Shown here piece after piece: positions 53,238 through 64,000 of a stretch of DNA of 64,000 nucleotides. The stretch spans positions 107,572,001 through 107,636,000 of the forward strand of contig NC_087437.1 of the NCBI RefSeq assembly GCF_036321535.1, written 5' to 3'. The stretch's first letter is position 1, and the number at the start of each line of letters is the position of its first letter. The notes beneath the pieces were generated by a model, which made no database searches, had not been told where the DNA came from, and was given only the letters and a program-made list of their open reading frames with translations. Source of the DNA: Camelus dromedarius. Its lineage: Eukaryota. The position numbers and the translations under genes were made by a program.

Positions 53238-53790
53238 TGTTACCCCAAGAGGGGAAGGGAAAAAAGCCTCAGTTCTTGTCTTGCCCGAAAGGGGAGAATC
53301 CAGACAGGAGACAAATGCATTGTGCAGTGAAAGATTTTTAAGATTTTATTAGCAAAGTGAAAGTACACCTCCAAGAGCAGGAGGAGGGCTGATCCAAGAG
53401 AGGCTAGCAGTGGTCTTTGTCCCTTCTCTTATACCCTTGCTTAGAGGTGGTGTCTTGATTGATTGATGGCTGTTGCCTACGGAGTGCTTAGTCATGCCCA
53501 TCCCCTTTCGCACATGTCCTCAGCCGTGATGCACACAGAAAAACCCGGGGAGGAGGGTGGCAGGGAGGCTAAACCATAATGCTAATTGTATTACAATGAG
53601 CACTGAGTCATGTCCAGTTAGGTCCTTGTCACTACTGTGCAGTCACAGCTGATGGGTTCTAACCAGTTTCTTGCTGGCACTCATTTAGAGGAAGTGAAGC
53701 CTCTTATGCTGAAAGCGGGCAAATCACTGTCTTCTGGACCACCCTCCCTCTCTTCCACCTGATCTGATTAGTGTCCCCATTTATCTAACA
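53238..53790 (-). mobile_element. ERV1 solo LTR, MER41-like
   Basis: TGTTA...TAACA terminal inverted repeat; 4-bp flanks cttc/attc; minus-strand TATA-like (53428-35) upstream of AATAAA (53345-50); 'gctaattgtattacaatgagcactgag' resembles MER41 U3. Confidence 0.8.
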
Positions 53791-54111
53791 ATTCTAAACA
53801 TCTGAAAAGGATTATGGGGAAGGTGAAGATACATTGAAACTTAATTGTAATAAAGATGTAATAAAATTTTTAGTATTCTATCTAGAAAGCTTACCTGTTT
53901 TGTCTCTCAAAAGGAAAGTACATAAAGCAAGTGAATTCTAGAGTGAATAAAATACAAATTTTTTAATTAAAATATTAAGGTTATGTATTTCAGGAAGATT
54001 ATTCTGTTTAATTTATTATACACAGATTGATACAACTATTAATAACCCTTCTCTGGCTTCTTAGCAGTTAGCATAATTCATATCTAGAAAGAACCTAAAG
54101 AATGAATGTAT

Positions 54112-54320
54112 TCTCATTCATTCATCCATCCATCCATCCTTCTATTTGATTGTAATAAAGTATCTAATATGCTGGTGTCTGGGTATAAAAAATTGTAAAA
54201 AAAAATGGAACCTGACTTCATTGTTTACAACTTTTTAAGGTTGTTGGGTATATAAGTAGATTATTATAGGTCCTTATAAAAATATTATCACTGTAATATT
54301 ATAAAATAATACTATTTATT
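54112..54320 (-). mobile_element. L2 3' end
   Basis: 'tcattcattcatccatccatcc...tatctaatatgctgg...ctgggtata...cctgacttcattg'. Confidence 0.6.
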
Positions 54321-55439
54321 GTTTATGGAGACACATACACATATGGATAAAGCAAGGAAAGAGATATAAAGGTCCATATTAACATTATTTTTAATAATAT
54401 GAAGAAGAGAGACAAAATATTAGTGTTTTGTTTACTGTAAATACTGGCTGCCCAGGGCATTATTGCATCGTCTTTTCTCTTTGCATAATTTCTTTCTTAA
54501 TGTGCTAAGGGATCATCAGTGAAAGAACAATTAGTTTTTCTGGGGTGGGGATTTATTTGTGCTCAAATTAGTTGTCAAGAAGATATCAAGCAGGATACAC
54601 GTGGACCTTCTGAGGGGACAAATAGTGTGAGCAGGGAAAGAGATTTTGGGTTTGTTCTTGGTACATCATTTGATATAACTGGAATCAGATGGTTAAGATT
54701 AAATAATAATAATGAAAACATAGCAAGATCTGACATGTAGGAGGTACAAAAACCGGATGAGGACTACAGAAATCTAGCATAACGTTCTTATGCTTGGTTG
54801 TGTGGTGCAGTGCTTCCTAGGTGAGACCGTTACACAAAGGACGTCCACTGTGAAGCGTGGGAAAAAGTGTTTGGCCCTGAGATGGCTCCTATTTGCATCT
54901 GTCTGTGGTCTTGAGACATTATTATGCATGGTTGTTTTCCTAAACCTGGAATATTGTGGTTACATTTCAAAATGTGGATAGCTAATATCCTGCATTTTGA
55001 AATTTTATCACTTACCACCGACTACAAAAATTATTTTCCAATCGGAAGTTGGAGAAAGAACTTACTCCCCCTCCTTCTTACCCCAACCTATGTGAATGCT
55101 CAGTTTGGAGGGTTCTTAGCATCCCGAGATTTCTGAATGTACTGTGGTCATAGTTGGAATTCTCTTGGCTTTAGGAAGAATTTTTGATCAGACTTCTCCT
55201 TGAATTAACAATGTACTTGATCTTAAAACTGTGTTAAAATTTTCTCAATCTCTGTATACATAATTTTAGAATTAAATAATAATTATTATGATTGATATTG
55301 AAAGATAGTAATGATATTCTTTGGCATATTTTCCATTGAAATTAATATGGTATATTTAAAACAACTTCTGAAGGAAACTTACTTTAAGAATTATGGCCTT
55401 ACTTTAGTAACTCAGTACATCTATTATTTTTAAATAATA

Positions 55440-55530
55440 GATTTCAAAAAGGGGTCAGGCATCCCATCTCTTATTTTACCAAAGAGGAAATGGATATCTA
55501 AATTGGTTAAGAGGTTTGCCCAAATTCAGC
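55440..55530 (-). mobile_element. MIR core fragment
   Basis: 'tcttattttaccaaagaggaaatgga...ggttaagaggtttgcccaa'. Confidence 0.65.
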
Positions 55531-56870
55531 AAAAAAAAAATGCAATTCAGTACTCATTAATCTTTATTAGACTAACCCAGCCCTCAAAAAATATTTATCA
55601 AACTTTGATCCAAAACATCTTTGGCATGTCTTCTAAGAATAAGCTTTGGAAAACAGTACAAGTCTGCTGGAATAATGATGTACTCAGCTTTTTCTTTTTC
55701 CAGGAAAGTTAGTATATGAAGGAAATGAACTCTAATATTAGAATTACAATTTTTATTTGAAGAGAGTTAACTTGATTATGTATTTCTTTAATATTAATCT
55801 ATGGTAGTTGTGATGACTCAAACATAAGCACATAACATATTCAAATTTCTCTAAAGGCAGTAAAGCATGGGACATTTAAAAAGAGCAGTAGCATGTGCAT
55901 GCCGTGAAAGACAAAACATATACACACAAAATGAACAACAACAAAATCAAAGCCAAGTAACCAAAAGGAAAGGCAGTTAAGGCCTTGAAAATATTTCAGT
56001 ACAGTGCCTTTTTTTTTCTTTTACTGTAGTATTTTGGAATGTAACTTAAAAAGTAACTTAAAATTACAAAAAAAAAAAAGGTATATTTTAAGTATTATGT
56101 GATAATTTTCAAATCTTAAAACGAAGCAATTGACAAACTCTGGGCCACATGCAAGCAGGGGGTAAAAAAATGAGCACTCCTGTCTTCAAGGAGATTAATA
56201 AATTTCTGGAGCAACAAGATAGTAAGGCTCATATTTCAGAGTAACTGGAGATTTTGTTATCCCCATACAATTTTTTCTCTCTCTCAGGGTAAGAATATTT
56301 TGACATAATAATGAAATTCTGACCATATTACAATATATATTTCTGGTGTTGAAACAAGATAATCAACTGGCTTTGGAAAGAACTTGGGGCAGTTTTTAAA
56401 CAATCCATGCATAATGACAGGAAAAACCATGTAGATGAAGATGTAGGTGGGGAGAAAAAATAAATGCAGGGCAAACTTAGTACCAGAGCTCACAGGTCAA
56501 GAGGACCTGTGCTGTGAGTCACACATTTCAATAAATAAAATCTAGGATATTTGTTCTCTAGTGGAAGTTTAAAAGTCATTTTTAAGGAAGGTTATTGTAA
56601 AGAATATGGATATTAATTTGTGAGATATGTGGTCATCTCTTTCACATGTAAATAACATGGGGCCATTATAATCCATTATTACCATGCTGATGGTCCTTTT
56701 ATAAGGAAGAATACTTTACCTTTGTGAAAAAAAGGTATGACTCTCTCATTCCACTTTCTGAAGTCCTGAAATCCTGAAATGTTCTCTCTCTATCTCCCCA
56801 AATGGAAGAGTTGGAAGAAAGGACCTCAAAGAAAAGATGAATTTGCACAACTTTAGCAAATAAAGAAAAT

Positions 56871-57180
56871 CTAACTATCAGAGAAATGCAAATCAAAACT
56901 GCAATGAGGCGTCACCTCACACCAGTCAGAATGGGCATCATTAAAATGTCCACAAACAATAAAGGCTGGAGAGGCTGTGGAGAGAAGGGAACCCTCCTAC
57001 ACAGCTGGTGGGAATGTAGTTTGGTGCAGCCACTGTGGAAAACAGTATGGAGATTCCTCAAAAAACTAAAAATAGACTTACCATGTGATCCAGCAATCCC
57101 ATTCCTGGGCATATATCTGGAGAGAACTCTAATTCAGAAAGATACATGCACCTGATGTTCATAACAGCACTATATACAAT
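56871..57180 (+). mobile_element. Young L1 ORF2 C-terminal fragment lacking 3' UTR and poly(A)
   Basis: ORF 56886..57155 [20 protein letters not shown]...[50 protein letters not shown] is the LINE-1 ORF2 cysteine-rich C-terminus. Confidence 0.95.
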
Positions 57181-59724
57181 TGATTGGATATTCTCTTTGT
57201 CAGAACAGCACTGCACTGAGGAAGGATGTGGAATCCCTTGGTGTAACACCATGTTAAATTGAGTACAACATTCTTAGATAATAACTATGTAGCTCCAAGT
57301 CCCTTTGGCTGATGACTGATGCACAAGTAGGACAAACACTATGAAACATGGCATGAAGTGTCAACTACAGGAGTTCAAAGCAATCTAAAAAACTGAGGTT
57401 GCTGAGTAAAAATACATACATGCTCATGTATTCCCATATAAACATTTATATACTTAAAATCAATTTCTTTTCTACTTCATCTTTACTTGGAAGCCAAAGG
57501 CTTTTTTCCTTAAATTTTCAATAAGGTGTGGCATGTTAATTCGAGGACCATTTTGCAAGTTCTCACAAACAGATTACCCAAGAAAAACCACCACCATGTT
57601 CCATCATGGCTTATGACGTAACCAATGGAATTGAACTCTTGGGAGGAGGAGGAAGAAGTAAAAACTTGTTTTTGGACCTGTGGTCATGAAATTTTGCTTT
57701 GTGGTGGGAACTCACTCTTGGATGTGGTTGTCCACTGTTCTTTCATATGTTGAGGAAATTGTAGAAAGTCAGGAAAGAATGGAATTTTCACATCAGCAAA
57801 TCCTCCACTCCCCCGTAATGATGAGGAATTTTGCATTGGAACAGAATGAGGAGGGAAATAAGTCTACTTTGCTGTCAGTTTTGGGGAAGAAATGATGAAG
57901 CAAACCCTTTTTCCAAGGACACATGATCCCCTTCTCGGCAATAGTTTGCTAACGATGTTCATGTCAGTTGACTGGGTCTGCTTTCAACTTGTCTGGAAAT
58001 ACCAATAGCATGTTCTCCGAGTGCCTGTGGGCATAATGAATCAGCTTTCCCTCCAAATGCGTCCTGGCTTGCCCATGATGCATGCTGACTGCATACATGT
58101 AGTACCCACATAGGGTCTGTCAGTCTCAAAAGTGCCATTATGTTTACATTTTTTGGACTATCTCAGAGACACTAAAAGTTAGAGAGTCGAATTATCTCCT
58201 CTAAGACTTTCCTTAATAGGAGAATAAAGTGCTTATGCTTTGTGGACCTTTTAGGGTAGTTTTTTTTAACCTTTGAAATGACTTAGATTTTTATGTTTAC
58301 TTATCTTAACTTTTGTTAGGTGTATGGCATCATATTACCATGTTTAGTTGATTACTTAACATTCCCATGTCCATCCCAATAACTTAGACTTTTCAAGTAT
58401 TAATTGATAATTTTCATCTTCTCATTTCATGTTTGCATAGCCAAGAAATTCATATAAATTGCTTTACTCTCTCCTTATAAAATCGATCCTCCCTGGCCTT
58501 AATTATTCCAAGAGATGCATTTTGAACTTTTTGAGTCTCGTTTGGCAGAATTTTGCCAAGAGAGCTGAACCTAGGTTGTCAGTATCAAAGTACTTGCCAT
58601 ACCATCACCTTTGCCAATAGCAGGCTTCCTCCAAGCTGCAGAAAACTCCAGAGCCCGCTGCTCTCTCTTCCCAGCTTTCCAGCAGCTCGCAAATTCCAGC
58701 TGTGGTCAGCTGATGAGCTCAGAGCTGCAGGAACAGCTTGGCACAAGTATTAAGTCTGATTAAGGTCTCGTGTAATGTTGGGACAGTGATTTCTCAGATG
58801 GGGCCCAACAACACCCCTGGTTCTGCTCACTCCATGACCAGAATGTTTCAACTTAGCTCAGTCATCTTAAAATCAATGATGGTGGCTGGGAAAATTCTTT
58901 ATCAGAACCTCTCAATAAAAGCAATTCAAACATATTGCATTTTTCACTGATATTTCCAGTACTTTGATTTCCCTGATGAAATGCTCCTTGCATGTGATGT
59001 GTTCCTAGATTTACCTAGATTAGGGGAAGGTGTCTACTCAGGGGAGGAGAGCTCAAAATGCACAAAGATAATTTCACGCCATGATACTACAGTTGATGCT
59101 TTCAAAGGGGAAAGATGCTATGTGTCAGGATTTTTAAAATCAATAACAGGTTATTGATTTGAGTAATTTTTGCTTCCCCTTAAAATTTTTCTAAAAAAGT
59201 AAGGGAAGAGAAATTGCATACATTTCTTCTCTTACATGAATACCCACTCTTTTAGCCAAAGGATTATTATAATTATAATGTGGAGTTCATGAGTGAAAAG
59301 AAGACAGGGAGCCCACAGATGTTAAGTGGTTTATTTAAGATATTTGTTTATTTTTAAGATTTAGGTTTGGAATTTAGGTGTGTTTGCTTCGGGGCCAAAA
59401 TTCAGTTACCTGTATCATTCAATTCTGCATCATTGTTCCCTAGACTGAGATGCTAGACTGAGAGGTCAAACTCAAGGTATGAGGATACCTGGATTCCTTA
59501 CCTGAGGCGGTTGAGAAGAATCCAATTGCAAGCCCATTTAGACCATTGACCGAATTTAGGTCTGAAGTTCCCATTTCCTTCTCTGTCAAATGGGGACTGG
59601 CCATTCTTTCGAGTCCTCTTTCCAGTCCTCACTAGTGGCCATCTACATCTGAGAACCAGCAAAGATATGTTTGATATTTGAGACATGGTGAAAAAAATAT
59701 AAGATGTTGGGTCAAAAAAAAAAT

Positions 59725-59925
59725 TGACATCAAAATTCTTCCCTCTACCAAACGTCTGCTAATGTGACCCTTCTGGGAATTTGATCATGGGGATTTTCTT
59801 CATCTTTTCACGGTTTCATTTATTGCTTGTTGATATATTTCCCTAAACGGGTAATTGTGAAATTGATGAGATGGTCATGTGCAGGCATTTAGTGCTATGC
59901 CTGGTGTAGGCGAAGGGACAGTGTA
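59725..59925 (+). mobile_element. MIR fragment
   Basis: 'tgtgacccttctggg...tcacggtttcatt...taattgtgaaattgatgagatggtcatgtgcaggcatttagtgctatgcctgg'. Confidence 0.55.
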
Positions 59926-61329
59926 TTTTGAATCCAATGTTATTTGATGGGAAGCAGCGTACATCCTGTCTCTTATCGAAACCTGCTTCATGGCAGTTAC
60001 CCCAGGTCACTGAGACCAAGCCAGGGCTTCTCATTGTGGGAATGGGGGGCGGAGGGTGAGGGGGTGGGAGGAGATAAGAATATGGGGGTGGGTGGAATCA
60101 GCAGGGGAAGGAAGCTGGACACTGTCCTCTCTAAGCCCAGCATGTGGGAAACAGCTGGGTGCCTTAATTTAACCTTTGTCATTCCTGGCACTGAAAAAGC
60201 ACATCCAGTTTACACAAAAATAATTCCCAAATGGAACTTTCAAAAATTTGTGGTGAAAAACATTAGGAAAGTGCTTTGAATGAAAGCATGGCATTGATTT
60301 TTACCTGGATAATTCTCTCTGCTAAAAGCTGTTCCACCCTCATGTACTTACTAAGAGGTCCTTGCAAGCATTAGGTGCTCCCTAGGGAAAGCAAAATTAA
60401 GAATAAACAAAATACAATAAACAAACAAACCAAAAAAAAAAAAAAAAAGAGGAGGAAGGCACTGCGTTAAAACAAGGGAAGGAGGAATCTCATTTATTTC
60501 TTCAAATATTGCTTATAGATGAAAGAGAATACTACATTTCAAGAAACAGATAAAATGTGTGGAGTCTCTGAAAGCCGGTATCTCACCTTTTTATTTGACT
60601 ATGACTCAAAAAGTTAACCCAATTGAAAGTATCTCACCCTAGCTAGAATGTGGTGTTTATATCACTGTAAATGAATCAACACTGTCCTGTGTACATAGCT
60701 CTGGTGAAGGACCCTGCGGGCAGTGGCAACATGGTCCTTGAGTTTATCTCAGTTTTTCCCCATCAGCAACATTCAGAGATGAATATTCATTTAATTACAG
60801 AAATTCATATCGCCTTTAAAAACCTTGGCTACAGTAAATAGGGAGATCCTAAGATCCTAAAATTATAGAAAAAAATTATCTTTCTAAAATTAAATCAGCT
60901 TTCCCATTTTGCAGAGCAAGATTTCTGTTTTCTTCAACAAAGTTTTTTTAGCTTATATTAAATAGGTTTACCCTAAAATCTAGATAATGAAAGTAGTATT
61001 CTGATTACAGGAAAATTAAAATATATAAAAATAATGCAGCAGAAAGTAAATCAGTTGCCCTTATTTCACAAACTATTGGAAAACAGAGGAGGGTATGTGT
61101 GTTTGTGTGTGTGTAGCATGAGCATGTGAAATTACAGGACATCTAGGTTACCATTCCTTTTTCTTTTGGGTAACAAATTTTGGCAAAGATTATTTAATCT
61201 AATGAAATTACTTCAACTGAAACATGGTAGACTGAACACAAATGTTTGTAACCATTTCGATTTAAATCTTTATAAAATGTTAGAATTTTGTGTTTCCATA
61301 AATGTTTTGTGGGATGCTTATATTCAGTA

Positions 61330-63440
61330 ATTTTCCATTTTGTTTGTTTTTATAAATATATTTAAGACTAATTTTACCTTAATAACTGTCTTAGCTGCAT
61401 TACATAGTTTTTGAAATGTAACATGCTCATTTTTAAATCATCTTTCTGTAATAGTGTTTATAGTATTAATTTTATCTTTAACTCATGAGTTAATTGGAAG
61501 ACTGTTGTTTTAAAAAGAAATTGATAGAAATTGTCATTATCTGTTTATCTATCCATCTGTCCATCCATCCACCCACCTACCCACCTACCTAATGATTCAT
61601 CATCAATAAATCCTCCATCAGTCCTATTTAGGTCTATCATTTTTCTCCCATATTTTGTTGTCAGCTTCTAATTTGACTATGTTCACTCAGAGAATATAAA
61701 ATCCATTGATATTGAATATCTAAGATATCTATTGATATCTAAGAAGACTGTGGTAATTCTTTCATTATCATTAAGAATTTGTGAGATAGAACTTCTTAAA
61801 CTATATTTTTCCTTGAGATGTTTTTAAGCTGCACTATTCAGCTCATTACATTTTGTGCTATTTATATCTTCTATATGATTTCTACATTTTATAGTTATAA
61901 AGTATCTATCATAGTTTCATGTAAAGCTTTTGGCTTAAATTCCATTTTCTTAGATAAGCAATGCTACTCTATTTCTTGTGTTTGCATTTACATGTGCTCT
62001 CTAAAACTCTGACCACCCTCCAATTTTCAACTTTTTTAATATCCTTCAAAGTGTCTTTCCATGAGATTTTTCAAAGTGGATTTTTAAAATCTGATTTAAG
62101 ATTTCTTGAAACTGTAGAATCCACCACATTCACTTTAATGGTGAGAATATTTCTTGGATTATTCTATTATTTTATGTCCAGTTATTTTTTTTGTATTTTC
62201 TCTTTTGTCACTTAATGATGGTACAACTTTTAAATTTGACTGATTTCCTCAGTCACTGGGGATGTATCATTACTAGTTTTTATGTTCTTAACTCATATTT
62301 AGTTTTTCTTTGCCAGGATTATAAAATAAACAATCATTTCCTGTTCCTTTTCTCCTTCAAAGTCAGTAATTGTAAAAGTGTCAATAATTGTAAAAATTCA
62401 TAATTTTATTCCCAGGCAATGATTGAGCTATAAACAATATTTTCTTTCATTCTTGTATTTAAGTATTAACATAGCATGTTATCTTATTAGTTTTGTAGTT
62501 TATAATCACTTTATGATTCATGAGCAGTCCTCTAATGACTGTTTCTCCTCATTTTTTCTTTTATATTTTGAAGTTGTCAAAAGATTTAATTTTCTTTTCA
62601 TTGGATTACTTCTGCAAATAATATACTCAGAAATTACTTGTTTCTGTTGCTTTTTATATGAATAATTTGGGGATTGCTGCCTTGATCTGTCAAAATACTG
62701 TAAATGCTCTACCACTGAATTTTAGCTTCTATGTTGGTAGAACAGGAAACTTTGTTGTAAACCTCATTCTCCTTTCCTTGTTAAATAAGCTTTTAAGTAA
62801 TCTTCTTAGAAATCTGAAATATCTTCTTTTTTTCTTTTTTTTTAATTGAAGTAGAGTCAGTTACAATGTGTCAATTTCTGGTGTACAGCACAATGTCCCA
62901 GTCATGCATATATATACATATATTATTTCTCATTAAAGGTTATTACAAGATATTGAATATATAGTTCCCTGGTTATACAAAAGACATTTGTTTTTTTAAA
63001 TCTATTTTTATATATAGTGGCTAACATCTGAAAATATCTTCTTAATCCATGGAGATCAACAATGTCACTAGCTTACATAAAAATGCCTGTCTGTTTGTTT
63101 GATTAATTATTTCTCGTCTTCAGTGAGTTCTTTTGTTCTAAAATCTCAGTCTGTCTTCAGTTTAGGGGTTTAAAATGTGTATTTGATTATTAATTTGTAT
63201 TCTTGTGCTCATTTTGCTTTTTCTGGACCTCCAATTATTTCCACATGAAGTCTCTTAGAAATTTCCTGTACTTCTTATCTTGTTACTCATAATATTGCTT
63301 TTTTTGTTTTGTTTTGTATTTGTATTGTGACCTTGTGTTCTGAGACAATTCTGAAATTGAATCTTCCAAATCACACATTGGGTTTTCAGAAATGTCCATT
63401 GTTTCATTTGATTTCCTATATTTACTTATTTTCCTCCCAG
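61330..63440 (-). mobile_element. Highly diverged old L1M internal fragments, interrupted by a young L1 tail
   Basis: 'aattttaccttaataactgtcttagctgcattacatagtttttga', 'tcagcttctaatttgactatgttcactcagagaata', 'cttttggcttaaattccattttct'. Confidence 0.65.
62829..63027 (-). mobile_element. Young L1 3'-tail insertion (about 200 bp) with TSD
   Basis: T-tract plus 'aattgaagtagagtcagttacaatgtgtcaatttctggtgtacagc...'; TSD ctgaaatatcttctt (62814-28) / ctgaaaatatcttctt (63028-43). Confidence 0.93.
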
Positions 63441-64000
63441 TTCAGGAAACTAACCACCAGAATTTCCTCTGACTATTGACATTGAAGTTAGTATGAAACC
63501 AACCAAAGAAAATGTATATATATATTTCATTGTATTACATTATTACACACTAAGTGTTATATTTCTTTATTACATATATTATATATATGCTTTGTATATT
63601 ACATAAGGTGGCTGTATGACATATATTGTGTATGTGCATATACATATACAAATGTGTGCAATCTCTCTCTATGTAACTACGTAGTATGTCATTTTTCATA
63701 TTTTCTTTAAATATTGGGCCATTTGAGGAAATAAACTTCAAGGAATTGGGAGAAATTTAAGATAAGCTCCCAAATTTAATTTTGTGCTTTTAGTAGCTAG
63801 ACATCTTGCTTCATAACTTTCCAGCCTTAGTAAAAGGATAGCTGACTCAACCCAAATCCAAAATATTTAAATTTAAATTTCTTACCATAGTGAGTGGAAG
63901 TAAATAAGATAAATAATGATGGTTCTACTTTGCCCTTCATAATAACACAGGAAATTGTGATACACATCATAGAACTGAGTCATTCCTACCAAACTCCATG

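Noticed and set aside
56041..56063. Short tandem duplications (gtaacttaaaa twice; similar at about 27034-27083 and 59440-59463)
   Set aside because: Ordinary slippage-type duplications with no array or spacer structure
58542..58559. ttggcagaattttgccaa as an NFI palindrome
   Set aside because: Spacer is 8 nt rather than the canonical 5

Overview
AT-rich placental-mammal genomic DNA with no recognisable protein-coding exon, tRNA, rRNA or CRISPR array; it reads as a gene desert or a large intron. Much of the window is transposon debris: old MIR, L2 and L1M fragments, many MaLR (MLT1) and ERVL (LTR16/LTR33) LTRs, the DNA transposons MER20 and MER44, and several younger artiodactyl-type L1 3' ends. 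The L1 tail sequence and the absence of Alu, B1/B2, BovB/Bov-tA, PRE-1 and Can-SINE suggest a camelid (inference). The only ORFs with a recognisable product are LINE-1 ORF2 fragments; the others look like chance or microsatellite ORFs. I found no convincing novel biological system. The best second-look items are: a MER41-like solo LTR with IRF, PU.1 and AP-1 motifs; a 40-bp templated insertion copied from 912 bp away; a poly(A)-only retrotransposition scar; two 5'-inverted L1 insertions; a 276-bp polypyrimidine tract; and several motif-dense unique segments. Repeat subfamily names come from recalled consensus sequences, not a database search, and boundaries of old elements are approximate.
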